A DNA stretch of 64,000 nucleotides from Tagaea sp. (GCA_965279525.1 CBDIIB010000002.1:192001-256000); one strand, 5' to 3'. Shown: positions 41,084 to 51,256, counted from the stretch's first letter. A program made the numbers and translations. Notes: generated from the letters alone by a model not told the origin.

Positions 41084-42052
41084 ATGCCCCAGACCCACCG
41101 CACGAAGATGCTGATCGTCGGCTCCGGCCCCGCCGGCTACACCGCAGCGATCTACGCCACGCGCGCCAACCTCGCGCCCATCCTGGTGCGCGGCATGCAG
41201 CCCGGCGGGCAGCTGTCGATCACCACCGACGTCGAGAACTATCCCGGCTTCGACAAGACCATCCAGGGTCCGTGGCTGATGGAGCAGATGTATAAACAGT
41301 GTGAACATATCGGCACGCTGATGCTCGAGGATCTGGTCATGAAGATCGATTTCTCGAAGCGGCCGTTCGTGGCGACCGGCGATTCGGGCGACACCTACAT
41401 CGCCGACACGATCGTGATCTGCACGGGCGCGCAGGCGCGCTGGCTGGGCCTTTCGTCCGAGGAGAAGTATCGCGGGGCCGGCGTGTCGGCCTGCGCCACG
41501 TGCGACGGCTTCTTCTTCCGCGGCAAGAAGGTCGCGGTCGTGGGCGGCGGCAACACGGCGGTCGAGGAAGCGCTCTACCTCACCAACCACGCCACGAAGG
41601 TGACGCTGATCCACCGGCGCGACAGCTTGCGCGCCGAAAAGATGCTGCAGGCACGCCTCTTGAAGCATCCCAAGATCGAAGTCGTGTGGAACTCGGCGGT
41701 CGAGGAAGTGCTGGGCGCGGGCACGCCGCCGGCGGTCACGGGCCTCAAGCTCAAGAACCTCAAGACCGGTGCCTTCTCGCAGCTCGACATCGACGGCCTG
41801 TTCGTCGCCATCGGCCACGTGCCGGCGACCGAAGTGTTCAAGGGCCAGGTCGACATGGACGCCGAAGGCTACATCCTGACCAAGCCCGATTCGACCGCGA
41901 CCAACATCCCGGGCGTCTATGCCGCGGGCGACGTGAAGGACAAGGTGTTCCGCCAGGCCGTCACGGCCGCCGGGATGGGCTGCATGGCCGCCCTCGAGGC
42001 CGAGAAGTTCATCGCGCATGCGGAGGCCGGCCACCAGGCCGCCGCCGAATAA
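41084..42052 (+). CDS. trxB: Thioredoxin reductase
   Basis: GSGPAGYTAA, SACATCDG, GGGNTAVEEA, AAGDV..RQAVTAAG. Confidence 0.97.
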   Translation: MPQTHRTKMLIVGSGPAGYTAAIYATRANLAPILVRGMQPGGQLSITTDVENYPGFDKTIQGPWLMEQMYKQCEHIGTLMLEDLVMKIDFSKRPFVATGDSGDTYIADTIVICTGAQARWLGLSSEEKYRGAGVSACATCDGFFFRGKKVAVVGGGNTAVEEALYLTNHATKVTLIHRRDSLRAEKMLQARLLKHPKIEVVWNSAVEEVLGAGTPPAVTGLKLKNLKTGAFSQLDIDGLFVAIGHVPATEVFKGQVDMDAEGYILTKPDSTATNIPGVYAAGDVKDKVFRQAVTAAGMGCMAALEAEKFIAHAEAGHQAAAE

Positions 42053-42072
42053 CAAGACGAAGGGAAGCCGCA

Positions 42073-42972
42073 ATGTCGGCGATGGACTGGGACAAGCTGC
42101 GCATCTTCCATGCGGTTGCCGCCGCCGGATCTTTCACGCATGCGGGCGAGAAGCTGAACCTCAGCCAGTCGGCCGTCAGCCGGCAGATCTCGGCGCTCGA
42201 GGAATCGGTCCGCGCACCGCTGTTCCACCGCCACGCGCGCGGCCTCATCCTGACCGAGCAGGGCGAACTCCTCTTCAACACCGTGCGCGAGGTTTTCGAC
42301 AAGCTCGCGATGGTCGAAGCCCAGCTCGCCGAGACCAAGGAGCGGCCTTCGGGCCTGCTGCGCGTCACGACGACGGTCGCCTTCGGTTCGGTGTGGCTTG
42401 CCCCGCGCCTGCGCGATTTCTCCGACGCGTACCCCGACGTGCAGATCTCGATGCGCGTCGACGACCGCGAGCTCGATCTGGGCATGCGCGAGGCCGACTG
42501 CGCCATCCGCATGCATCCGCCCCGCCAGGCCGACCTCATCCAGCGCCACCTGCTGTCGGTGCACGTGCACGTGTTCGCGTCGCAGGAATATCTCAAGAAG
42601 TACGGCGCGCCGAAGACCGCGGCCGATCTCGACAAGCACCGGATCATCGTCTACGGCGACGATCCCAACCCGCCGTTCCCGAACGTCAACTGGCTGCTCG
42701 AGGTGGGAACCTCCGGCGGCAAGAAGCGCACGCCGGCCCTGATGGTGAACAACGTTTCCGCCATCCTGCGCGCGGTCGAGAACGGCATCGGCATCGCCGC
42801 TTTCCCGGATTACATCGCCCAGCAGAGCACCAAGATCGTCCAGGTCTTGCCGGAACTCGAAGGGCCGACCTACGAGGCCTATTTCGTCTATCCCGAGGAA
42901 CTCCGCAGCTCGAAGCGGATCGCGGTTTTCCGCGATTACCTCGTCCAAAAGGTCGCAGAATCACAGTTTTAG
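42073..42972 (+). CDS. LysR-family regulator, LsrB/VtlR orthologous group
   Basis: MDWDKLRIFHAVAAAGSFTHAG...LFHRHARGLILTEQGE...YPEELR; conserved position after trxB. Confidence 0.9.
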   Translation: MSAMDWDKLRIFHAVAAAGSFTHAGEKLNLSQSAVSRQISALEESVRAPLFHRHARGLILTEQGELLFNTVREVFDKLAMVEAQLAETKERPSGLLRVTTTVAFGSVWLAPRLRDFSDAYPDVQISMRVDDRELDLGMREADCAIRMHPPRQADLIQRHLLSVHVHVFASQEYLKKYGAPKTAADLDKHRIIVYGDDPNPPFPNVNWLLEVGTSGGKKRTPALMVNNVSAILRAVENGIGIAAFPDYIAQQSTKIVQVLPELEGPTYEAYFVYPEELRSSKRIAVFRDYLVQKVAESQF

Positions 42973-43067
42973 CGGCCAAATCGTAGGTATGCGAACGTTT
43001 CATGCCACGCATGCATTAAATGCCATTTTTTAAGGCATTCTTTAGACTATCTATTTCATATTGGTGT

Positions 43068-43234
43068 TGCGCCGCGAAATCTTTCGTCGCGCGACGCCGG
43101 TCGAGCCGAGGACCATCTTTTCGGCGGGTTCGGGCCTTCGGGTCCGGACGGGGTCCCCTCCGGACCCTGCGTCTCCCAGACGTGAAGCCTCCCTGTTCAA
43201 CTCGCCCGGTGCTTCGGCACCGGGCGTTTTTTTT
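43068..43234 (+). ncRNA. Putative trans-acting sRNA with C/U-rich anti-SD motifs
   Basis: Stem-loops carrying GTCCCCTCC, CTCCCA and CCTCCCT, ending in a strong terminator; downstream of the LsrB/VtlR-like gene; 5' end estimated. Confidence 0.65.
43203..43234 (+). terminator. Intrinsic terminator
   Basis: CGCCCGGTGC-TTCG-GCACCGGGCG followed by T8. Confidence 0.92.
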
Positions 43235-43270
43235 CGTAACGCGCGGGCCTCGCCTTACGAATCAGGAAGT

Positions 43271-43708
43271 ATGGAACGCCGCTCCTTCCTCGCCCTGCTG
43301 CTCGGCCTCGCCGCCGCTCCGGCCGCCGCCGATACCGTCAACGCGCGCGGCGGGCTCGCCATCGGCGGCTACGATCCGGTCGCCTACTTCACGCAAGGCC
43401 GTCCGCGACGCGGCGCCAACATGCACTATCTCGACTGGAACGACGCGCGCTGGCTGTTCGTGACGGCCGCCAACCGCGACGCGTTCGCCGCCGATCCGGA
43501 ACGTTACGCGCCGCGCTATGGCGGCTGGTGCGCCTACGGCATGTCGCAGGGCTACAAGGCGCCGATCGACGCGGAAGCCTGGTCGATCGTCGAAGGGCGC
43601 CTCTATCTCAACTACAGCAACTCGATCCGGCGGACGTGGCTGGGCGACGTGCCGGGCTTCATCGCGAAGGCCGACGCGCACTGGCCGGCCGTTTCCGCGG
43701 CCCCCTAG
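43271..43708 (+). CDS. Exported YHS-domain protein
   Basis: ERRSFL Tat-like signal; AIGGYDPVAYF, PERYAPRYGGWCAYG, GRLYLNY. Confidence 0.85.
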   Translation: MERRSFLALLLGLAAAPAAADTVNARGGLAIGGYDPVAYFTQGRPRRGANMHYLDWNDARWLFVTAANRDAFAADPERYAPRYGGWCAYGMSQGYKAPIDAEAWSIVEGRLYLNYSNSIRRTWLGDVPGFIAKADAHWPAVSAAP

Positions 43709-45072
43709 GCGGGCTTCAGCACCGGCAGGGCAGCGTCGAGACCCTTCTTCAGCATCGCCAGCATCTCGTCGATCTGCGCGTTCGTGATGATCAGCGGCGG
43801 CGTGAAGGCGATGCGGTCGCCGATCGCGCGCACGACCAGGCCGGCCTTCTGGCATTCGTCCTGCACGACGATGCCGGCCTTCATCGCCGCATCGAACGGC
43901 ACGCGCTTGGCCTTGTCGGCCATGATCTCGATGCCCGCGATGAGACCCACACCACGCGCGTTGCCGACCAGCGGATGGCTCTCCAGCGCCTTCAGCCCGT
44001 CCTGCATGGCAGGGCCGACCTTGCGCACATGGCCGACGATATCGCGCTCCTCGTAGATCTTCAGCGTCTCGATCGCCACCGCGCACGCCACCGGATGGCC
44101 CCCGTAGGTGAAGCCGTGGCCGAACGTGCCGAGCTTGCCCGACTGGTCGAGCATCGACTGGTAGATCTTCTCCGAGATCATCAGCGCCGAGATCGGCTGG
44201 TAGGCCGCCGACAGCGCCTTGGCGCAAGAGATCATGTCGGGTTGCAGGTCGTAGGTCTCGCTGCCCCACATGTTGCCCGTCCGCCCGAAGCCGCAGATCA
44301 CTTCGTCGGCAATGAACAGGATGTCGTATTTCTTCAGGATCGGCTGGATCTTCGCGAAATAGCCATTGGGCGGCGTGATGGCCCCGCCGCCGCCTTGCAC
44401 CGGCTCGGCGAAGAACGCCGCCACCGTCTCGGGCCCTTCGGCAAGGATGAGCTTCTCGAGATTGGCCGCCATGCGCGTGGAGAACTGCTCCTCGCTCTCG
44501 CCCGCCTCGTGGAAGCGGTAATAGTGCGGATTGTCGGTGTGACGGAACTGCGCCAGGGGCGCGTCGAACCCGTTCTGCATGTGCGGCTGGCCCGACACGC
44601 TGACGGTGGCGACGGTGTTGCCGTGATAGCCGCGCACGCGCCCGATGATCTTCTTCTTCTGCGGCCGCCCGAGCGCGTTGTTGTAATACCAGACGAGCTT
44701 GATCGCCGCGTCGTTGGCTTCCGAGCCCGAACACTGGAACAGCACCTTCGACATGCCCTTGGGAGCGATCGACAGCAGCCGGTCGGCAAGCTCGACGCTC
44801 GGCACGTGGCTCTTGGCAAAGAACGTGTGGTAATAGGGCAGCTCCAGCAACTGCCGGTACGCCGCGTCCGCCAGACGCTTTTCCGAAAAGCCGAGCGAGG
44901 CGCACCACAGGCCCGCCATCGCCTCGAGATAGCGGTTGCCCGCTTCGTCGAACACGTAGATGCCGTCGCCGCGCTTCATGATCGTGCCGCCATTGTCGCG
45001 ATAGGCGGCAAGGTCGGTCTGCTGGTGGATGAGGCTGGCGCGGTCGAGCAGGTCGTGGGAATTGAGGGTCAT
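43705..45072 (-). CDS. Class III PLP aminotransferase (putrescine/omega-amino acid type)
   Basis: AMAGLWC, SGSEAND, EPVQGGGG, DEVICGFGRTG, AKALS, HGFTYGGHP. Confidence 0.92.
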   Translation of the reverse strand: MTLNSHDLLDRASLIHQQTDLAAYRDNGGTIMKRGDGIYVFDEAGNRYLEAMAGLWCASLGFSEKRLADAAYRQLLELPYYHTFFAKSHVPSVELADRLLSIAPKGMSKVLFQCSGSEANDAAIKLVWYYNNALGRPQKKKIIGRVRGYHGNTVATVSVSGQPHMQNGFDAPLAQFRHTDNPHYYRFHEAGESEEQFSTRMAANLEKLILAEGPETVAAFFAEPVQGGGGAITPPNGYFAKIQPILKKYDILFIADEVICGFGRTGNMWGSETYDLQPDMISCAKALSAAYQPISALMISEKIYQSMLDQSGKLGTFGHGFTYGGHPVACAVAIETLKIYEERDIVGHVRKVGPAMQDGLKALESHPLVGNARGVGLIAGIEIMADKAKRVPFDAAMKAGIVVQDECQKAGLVVRAIGDRIAFTPPLIITNAQIDEMLAMLKKGLDAALPVLKPA

Positions 45073-45100
45073 GGCGCTTTCCTGAATGCGGGGCGGATCT

Positions 45101-45982
45101 TCACGCGCGGGCGGGCATTGCCGAGGTTTCGGCGGCTTCGCTGCGCGCGGCGGCGGCTGCCCGGCGCGCGGCGACATTCTGTTCCCGGCGCTTGACGAGT
45201 TCGAACAGGATGGCGCCCGCGACGGTGACGGCCACGATCGAGACGGCGAGCGCGCTCAAGGCGGGGGTTGTGCCCACGCGGATGCGCCCGGCGAGCACGG
45301 TCGTCAGCGTCTTGTCGGCAAGGATCGCGAAGGTCGTCGTGTTGTAGTTCTCGAACGACGACAGGAACGCGATGACGATGGCCGAACCGATGGCCGGTGC
45401 CATGAACGGGATCAGCACGTGGAAAAACACCTGCGTGCGCGAGGCACCGAGGTCGAGTGCGGCCTCCTCGAGCGTGCGGTCGAACCGCGCGAGGCGGGCA
45501 AGGAAGATCAGCATCGTGTAGGCGGCGATGAAACTCGATTGCGCCAGCACTGTCAGCACGGTGCCGTCATAGATGAATTTGAGACCGGTCGTGTCGGTGA
45601 AATGGCGCCAGAAAACGACCGTCGAGATGCCGATGATGACGCCCGGCGTGAGCACCGGCGACACGACGACGAGATAGTAGAAGGACTGCGCGCGCGAATA
45701 GACCTGCGTGAGCAGGATGGCGCCGGCCAGCCCGACCGGGACCGAAACGCAGACGACGAGAAAGCCGATCCACACGCTGTTCTTGAGGCCGTAGACGATG
45801 TCCCGGTCGCGGGCGAGGTTGGCGAACCAGTCCAGCGTGAACCCTTCGATCGGATAGAAGGTCGGATAGGCGGGCGTGTTGAAGGCCGTGACGCCCATCA
45901 CGACCAGCGGCCCGAACAGGTAGGCGAAGAAGACGACGATGTAGAAGGCCAGCATCGCCTTCTGGATCGCGCGCGAGGTCAT
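45101..45982 (-). CDS. Polyamine ABC transporter permease (PotC-like)
   Basis: GFTLDWF, LEEAALDLGAS, FLSSFENY. Confidence 0.88.
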   Translation of the reverse strand: MTSRAIQKAMLAFYIVVFFAYLFGPLVVMGVTAFNTPAYPTFYPIEGFTLDWFANLARDRDIVYGLKNSVWIGFLVVCVSVPVGLAGAILLTQVYSRAQSFYYLVVVSPVLTPGVIIGISTVVFWRHFTDTTGLKFIYDGTVLTVLAQSSFIAAYTMLIFLARLARFDRTLEEAALDLGASRTQVFFHVLIPFMAPAIGSAIVIAFLSSFENYNTTTFAILADKTLTTVLAGRIRVGTTPALSALAVSIVAVTVAGAILFELVKRREQNVAARRAAAAARSEAAETSAMPARA

Positions 45983-46998
45983 TTCGCGATCTCCCCGAGG
46001 CGCAGCTTGAAGACCTTGAGGACGAGCAGCACGAACACGACGCACGCGACGAGCAGGATCAGCGCGTAGGCCGCCCCCTGCTGCCAGTTGAACGCCTGGT
46101 AGAAGCGGTCATAGACGATGGGCGTGAACCACAACGTGCGTGGTCCGCCGAGCACGAGCGGGGCGGCGAGTGCCCCCGCCGTCAGCATGAAAACCAGCGT
46201 GGCGCCCGACGCGATGCCGGGCTTGGCGTGCGGCAGCACGATGAACAAGTGGATGTGCCACCAGGGAGCGCCCAGATCGCGGGCGGCTTCCAGCTGGTTT
46301 TTGTCCAAAGTCTCGATCGCGTTGTAGAGCGCGAACATCATCATCAGCAGGTAGGCATAGGCGAGGCCCGAATAGAGGGCGACGTCCGCCGCGATGAAAT
46401 CGATGGGCCCGTCGGTGATGCCGGCCCCCATCAGCGCCTTGTTGATGACGCCCTGGCTCGCGAACAGCAGCCGGAAGGCGAAGGCGCGCAGGATCTCGTT
46501 GACCCAGTAGGGGGCGATCAGCATCAGCATGAAGAGCCGCAGGCGGGCCGGCTTGGCGACCTGGGCCATGTAGAAGGCAACCGGGTAACAGACGACGAAA
46601 TCGAGGATCGTGATCAGGATCGACACCCAGATCGTCAATCCGAACGCCTTCAAGTGCGTCGTGTTCCACGACGCGGTCGATGTCGTCGAGCCGAACAGGA
46701 AATAGCGGTAGTTCTCGAGCGTGTAGATGTCGCGCGGACTGCCCCACTGCGGTGGCGGCAGTCTCGGGCGGAAAGACAGGTCGATCATCGACAGGAGCGG
46801 CAGCACGATCATGAAGACCGTCCACAGCCCGACCGAGACGACGAGGAACGTCGCGACCGGCCAGCCGTTCATCGCGACGAAGCCTGGGCCGACGGCAGGG
46901 CCGGCGCGCCGGCGGTCATAAACGGCCAGCAGCGCGAACGCCGCGATGACCACCACCGGCAGCGCATAGATGACGATCTGGCCGACCGAGCTATGCAT
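45979..46998 (-). CDS. Polyamine ABC transporter permease (PotB-like)
   Basis: YPVAFY, PYWVNEILR, EAARDLGA, LGG. Confidence 0.88.
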   Translation of the reverse strand: MHSSVGQIVIYALPVVVIAAFALLAVYDRRRAGPAVGPGFVAMNGWPVATFLVVSVGLWTVFMIVLPLLSMIDLSFRPRLPPPQWGSPRDIYTLENYRYFLFGSTTSTASWNTTHLKAFGLTIWVSILITILDFVVCYPVAFYMAQVAKPARLRLFMLMLIAPYWVNEILRAFAFRLLFASQGVINKALMGAGITDGPIDFIAADVALYSGLAYAYLLMMMFALYNAIETLDKNQLEAARDLGAPWWHIHLFIVLPHAKPGIASGATLVFMLTAGALAAPLVLGGPRTLWFTPIVYDRFYQAFNWQQGAAYALILLVACVVFVLLVLKVFKLRLGEIAK

Positions 46999-48064
46999 CG
47001 CCTGGCGCGTCCGGCGGCAGGATCAGCGCGTCCTCGGCCTTGTAGGCGATATGGATCCCGGTGCCCTTGGGCGGGATGTCGCGCGCGGCCGCACCCGACA
47101 GCAGGACCGTGAGTGCCCGCCCGCCCGCCGCTTCCAGCGACAGCAGCGTGCCGGTCCCCTCGAAGGCCGCGTCGGTGACGCGGGCGGCAATCCCGTCAGT
47201 CGAGGGAACGAGCAGCTCCGGGCGCAGGAACAGCATCGCGGGCGAGCCCGCCCGCAGGTTGCGGATGTTGCGGCCGGGCAGCACGCCGATCTCGGTCTCG
47301 ACGCGCGCGAGCGTGCCGTCGGTATCCGCGATCCGGCCGGGCAGGATGTTGCTTTCGCCCACGAACGACGCGACGAACGCGGTCTCGGGGTGGTTGTAGA
47401 GCGTGCGCCCGTCGGACACCTGTTCGATGACGCCGCGGTTCATGACCGCGATGCGGTCCGACATCGCGAGCGCTTCGCCCTGGTCGTGCGTGATGTAGAC
47501 GAACGTGATGCCCACGCGGCGCTGGATCGCGCGCAGCTCGTTGCGCATGTGCTGGCGCAGCTTGAGATCGAGGGCGGACAACGGCTCGTCGAGCAGCAGC
47601 ACCTGCGGTTCGACGGCTAGGGCGCGTGCGATCGCCACGCGCTGCTTCTGGCCGCCCGACAGCTCGTCGATGCGCTTGTTGCCCTGGTCGGAAAGCGCGA
47701 TCAGGTCGAGCAGGCGTTCGACCGTCTCCTGCCGTTTGCGCCGCGTCACGCCGCGCACGCGCATGCCGTAGGCGATGTTGTCGGTGACCGACATGTTCGG
47801 GAAGAGGGCGAGGTTCTGGAAGATGAGCGCGGTCGGCCGCACGTTGGGGCCGATGCCGCGCATGTCCTTGCCGGCGATCAGCACGCGGCCGGCGGAAGGC
47901 TCGATGAATCCGGAGATGGTGCGCAGAAGCGTCGTCTTGCCGCAGCCTGAGGGGCCGAGGAACGAGAAGAACTCGCCCGGTGCGATGGCGAGCTTGGCGT
48001 CGTCGACGGCGGTGAAATCGCCGAAGCGCACGCTGACGCGGTCGAGCTGGACGGCGGCTGTCAT
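46991..48064 (-). CDS. Polyamine ABC transporter ATP-binding protein (PotA-like)
   Basis: GPSGCGKTT, LSGGQKQR, LLDEPLSALD, THDQGEA, C-terminal TOBE domain. Confidence 0.92.
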   Translation of the reverse strand: MTAAVQLDRVSVRFGDFTAVDDAKLAIAPGEFFSFLGPSGCGKTTLLRTISGFIEPSAGRVLIAGKDMRGIGPNVRPTALIFQNLALFPNMSVTDNIAYGMRVRGVTRRKRQETVERLLDLIALSDQGNKRIDELSGGQKQRVAIARALAVEPQVLLLDEPLSALDLKLRQHMRNELRAIQRRVGITFVYITHDQGEALAMSDRIAVMNRGVIEQVSDGRTLYNHPETAFVASFVGESNILPGRIADTDGTLARVETEIGVLPGRNIRNLRAGSPAMLFLRPELLVPSTDGIAARVTDAAFEGTGTLLSLEAAGGRALTVLLSGAAARDIPPKGTGIHIAYKAEDALILPPDAPGDA

Positions 48065-48086
48065 GACTGCCTGTTCGAATCGGAAA

Positions 48087-48118
48087 GCCGCCGGCCGGGA
48101 CGTGCCCCGGCCGGCGGC
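48087..48118 (-). terminator. 13-bp GC hairpin after the binding-protein gene (attenuator or mRNA stabiliser)
   Basis: GCCGCCGGCCGGG / CCCGGCCGGCGGC stem followed by TTT on the minus strand. Confidence 0.6.
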
Positions 48119-48128
48119 AACCGGTGTA

Positions 48129-49310
48129 TCAGGCCGCCTTGAACTTTTCGGCGTACTGGGTGCGCAGTTCGGCGAACCACGACGGCTCGGGCGGACGATG
48201 CCAGAGCTTCGAGGTCGCGTCGTCCGGATAGGCTTCCGCGAAGTTCTTCTTCGCCTCGGCCGAGAGCAGCGCGTCCGCACCCTTGGCGACCGCGTTGTAG
48301 CCCGAACCGTCGGCGACCTTCGCGGACACTTCGGGCGAATGGCAGTAGTTGAGCCATTCGTAGGCCTGCGCGATGTTCTTGGCACCCTTGGTGAGCGACC
48401 AGCCGTCGAGCCACGTGATGGCGCCTTCCTGCGGCGCCATATACGAGACCGGGCGACCCTGCTTCTTGAGCGACAGGACCGGACCGTCCCAGGTCTGGCC
48501 GATGACGCAGCCGTTCTCGAGAAAGCCCGACTTGGTGTTGTCGGCCGAATCCCAGAATTGCTTGATCCAAGGCTTCTTCGAGATCGCGAACTTCAGCACC
48601 TCGTCGTAGATCTTCTTCATCGTCGCCTCGTCCTTGAAGGCGTCGAGGCCGCGGTTGGAAGGCAGCTTGCCGGTCCGGTCCCACCACAGGACGATGCTCT
48701 GCAGCAGCGAGTGCGGGCGGCCCTGCACCTTGCCGCGGTACTCGTCGTCCCACAACGTGCCGAAGCTCAGGGTCTTGTAGTCGAGTTTCGTGAGGTCGGT
48801 GCGCCACGCGATGGCTTCCGAGCCCCAGCAATGCGGGACGTGGTAGAGCTTGCCGTCCCACGTCCACACGCTCGTCGAGCCTTCGAGCATCGACGGGAGC
48901 AGGACGTCGAGTTTCAGCTTGTTCGTGTCGAACGGCTGGAGGATCGCAAGATCCTTGAACTGCGGCGAGCGGTCGCGCGTCGGCTGGCACAGGTCGAAGC
49001 CGGAACCGCCGGTCGCCTGGAGCTTGTTGATCTGCTCTTCGTTCTGCGAGAACGGAACCTTGTTGATCTTGATGCCGGTCTTCTTCTCGAAATCCGGAAT
49101 GACCGGATCGGGGAGTTCGTCGTCCCAGTGCAGTAGCGTCAGCTCGCCCGACGACGATTGCGCGTTGGCGACGATCGCCGGCCCGACGGCCGCGAATGCG
49201 CCTGCCGCGGCGGCGGCCTTGAACATCGAGCGGCGATTGAACGTGCGCGCGGCCAGCAGCGTTTCGATCGTGGAGTTTGTGGATTTCTCGCGGTTTTTCA
49301 TGGTTGTCAC
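48129..49310 (-). CDS. Polyamine ABC transporter substrate-binding protein (PotD/PotF-like) with Tat signal
   Basis: NRRSMFK; FEKKTGIK, PHCWGS, WDG, PQEGAITWLDG; GAGGAGG RBS. Confidence 0.88.
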   Translation of the reverse strand: MTTMKNREKSTNSTIETLLAARTFNRRSMFKAAAAAGAFAAVGPAIVANAQSSSGELTLLHWDDELPDPVIPDFEKKTGIKINKVPFSQNEEQINKLQATGGSGFDLCQPTRDRSPQFKDLAILQPFDTNKLKLDVLLPSMLEGSTSVWTWDGKLYHVPHCWGSEAIAWRTDLTKLDYKTLSFGTLWDDEYRGKVQGRPHSLLQSIVLWWDRTGKLPSNRGLDAFKDEATMKKIYDEVLKFAISKKPWIKQFWDSADNTKSGFLENGCVIGQTWDGPVLSLKKQGRPVSYMAPQEGAITWLDGWSLTKGAKNIAQAYEWLNYCHSPEVSAKVADGSGYNAVAKGADALLSAEAKKNFAEAYPDDATSKLWHRPPEPSWFAELRTQYAEKFKAA

Positions 49311-49529
49311 CCCTGTGTCGCCTCCTCGTTAAGCGTGCAAAATGCTGCAGGAACCGGGCCACCCTGTCAATGCGGCGGGGTGGACGATCGGAGCGGATTC
49401 CGGTCCGTGTCATGCATTCTTCTTTGGCAACCGCTTGGGTGAACGCCTGAATCATGGGCGAGCCGTGCTACACGACGGACCAACGGCATTGATGGTCGCG
49501 ACACCGCCCGATACCCCGCCGCCGGTGGA

Positions 49530-50465
49530 TCACCTGAGGTCGAGCGACCAGGACTGGCCGACGAGGTCCTTGCCGAAGCTGCGATGCGCTTCGCTCTCGA
49601 CCAGCGTGAAGCCGGCCTTTTCGTAGAGGCGTCGGGCCGCGACGAGACAGTCGTTCGTCCACAGCACGATCTTCGCGTAGCCCGCACGGCGTGCGAAGGC
49701 GATGCATTCGCCAAGCATGCGTGTGCCCATGCCGCTGCCGCGCGCCCATGGCTCCAGATAGAATAGCCGCAGCTTGGCGACCTTGTCCGACTCCTTGACC
49801 AGGAAGATCGAGCCGGCGATTTCGCCGTCGCGTTCGGCGACCCAGCAGCGCTCGCGCGCGGGATCGAATTCGCGCACGAACTTCGCGACGATCTCGGCGA
49901 CCAGTGCCTCGAACTCGCCGTTCCAGCCATATTCGCGCGCATAGAGCCGGGCCTGCCCCGCGACGATCGCGCCCATGTCGCCGATCTCGTGGTCGCGCAA
50001 CGTGAATTCACCGGGTGCCGGTGCATCGGCGTCGAGCAGGCGCTCGGCTGTGGCAAGGGACGTGACCAGACGTGCGCGCGCGCCGGCATCGAGCGGTGCC
50101 AGAAGGCCGGCGACTTCTTCCTGCGAGGCCTTGTCGAGACGTGCAAAGGCGGTGCGGCCGCGCGCGGTGAGTTCGAGGCTGAGGCGCCGCGCGTCGCTGG
50201 CGGCGGGTCTCTTGCGCACGAGGCCGCGGCGGGACAGGGCCTGCACGATGCGGCTCAGATGGCCGGGGTCGAGACCCAGATCGCGGGCGATCTCGCCCGA
50301 GCTGGTGCCGGCATTGTGTGCGATCTCGTAGAGGACTCGCGCCTCGACCAGCGAGAAGGGGCTTGCATAAAGGCCCTTGCGCAGCACGCCGATGCGGCGC
50401 GTGAAGGACCGGGTGAACCGGCGGACCGCGGCGATCGCCGGGTCGTTCGTGTCGGGGCGGGGCAT
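49530..50465 (-). CDS. MarR-type HTH regulator fused to a GNAT acetyltransferase
   Basis: EARVLYEI...LDPGHLSRI...DARR..LT..G, then GD.G...YAREYGW...LRLFYLEP.ARGSG.G...LYEKAGF. Confidence 0.9.
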   Translation of the reverse strand: MPRPDTNDPAIAAVRRFTRSFTRRIGVLRKGLYASPFSLVEARVLYEIAHNAGTSSGEIARDLGLDPGHLSRIVQALSRRGLVRKRPAASDARRLSLELTARGRTAFARLDKASQEEVAGLLAPLDAGARARLVTSLATAERLLDADAPAPGEFTLRDHEIGDMGAIVAGQARLYAREYGWNGEFEALVAEIVAKFVREFDPARERCWVAERDGEIAGSIFLVKESDKVAKLRLFYLEPWARGSGMGTRMLGECIAFARRAGYAKIVLWTNDCLVAARRLYEKAGFTLVESEAHRSFGKDLVGQSWSLDLR

Positions 50466-50490
50466 GGCCGAGACAGGTTCCGGTGATTGA

Positions 50491-50503
50491 TTGACAAAGT
50501 CAA
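50491..50503. promoter_or_regulatory. Inverted repeat, probable MarR operator
   Basis: TTGAC-AAA-GTCAA about 25 bp upstream of the MarR-GNAT start. Confidence 0.55.
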
Positions 50504-50566
50504 GTAACTGCCGAAAACGGTTTGGGCGATTGATCCGGATCAATTCCCGCAGGCTCCCGCCGTGGC

Positions 50567-51256
50567 ATGCAGGCGGTCCCCCTCGAATCGAACCTGCCGG
50601 TGCCCCGCATGACACGTCTCGATATTTCCGACCTCACCGCGCGCGCGAAGTTCGCGGCGGCTCCCTATCGCCACTGGCTGCTGGAGGACGCGTTGCCGCC
50701 CGCGATGGCCCGGGGGCTGGCCGGCCTGCCCGTCCCGGTCGCCGCGGCCGGCGACACGCTGGGCCGGCGCGAGACCAACAATTCGACGCGCGTGTTCCTC
50801 TCGCCGGATTTCCAGCGCCGGCACGCGGCCGCAGCCGAGTTCGCCGCCTCGTTCCAGGACGCCGCCAGTGTCGCGACCCTCGCGAAGCTGACGGGCGCCC
50901 CGCTCGCCGGCGGCTACCTGCGCATCGAATTCTGCCAGGATACCGACGGCTTCTGGCTCGAGCCGCACACCGACATCGGCGCCAAGCTCTATACGATGCT
51001 GTTCTATCTTTCGGACGTGCCGCAGGCCGAAGGCTGGGGAACGGACATCTACGAGACGCCGGAAAGGCATCTCGGGGCCGCGTCGGGCGCCTTCAATCGC
51101 GGGCTGATCTTCGTGCCCGGCAGCGACACGTGGCACGGCTTCAGGCGCCGCCCGATCGCGGGCGTGCGCAAATCCATCATCGTCAACTACGTCAAGGACG
51201 AGTGGCGCGCGCGCGGCGAACTGGCTTTTCCGGACCGGCCCGTCGCGCTCGCCTAG
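50567..51256 (+). CDS. 2OG-Fe(II) oxygenase superfamily protein
   Basis: HTD...WHG...RKS facial-triad and 2OG-binding pattern; start may be 50609. Confidence 0.85.
   Translation: MQAVPLESNLPVPRMTRLDISDLTARAKFAAAPYRHWLLEDALPPAMARGLAGLPVPVAAAGDTLGRRETNNSTRVFLSPDFQRRHAAAAEFAASFQDAASVATLAKLTGAPLAGGYLRIEFCQDTDGFWLEPHTDIGAKLYTMLFYLSDVPQAEGWGTDIYETPERHLGAASGAFNRGLIFVPGSDTWHGFRRRPIAGVRKSIIVNYVKDEWRARGELAFPDRPVALA

Noticed and set aside
43271-43708. Possible selenoprotein (YHS family includes Sec-containing members)
   Set aside because: The relevant position is Cys (GGWCAY) and there is no in-frame TGA.
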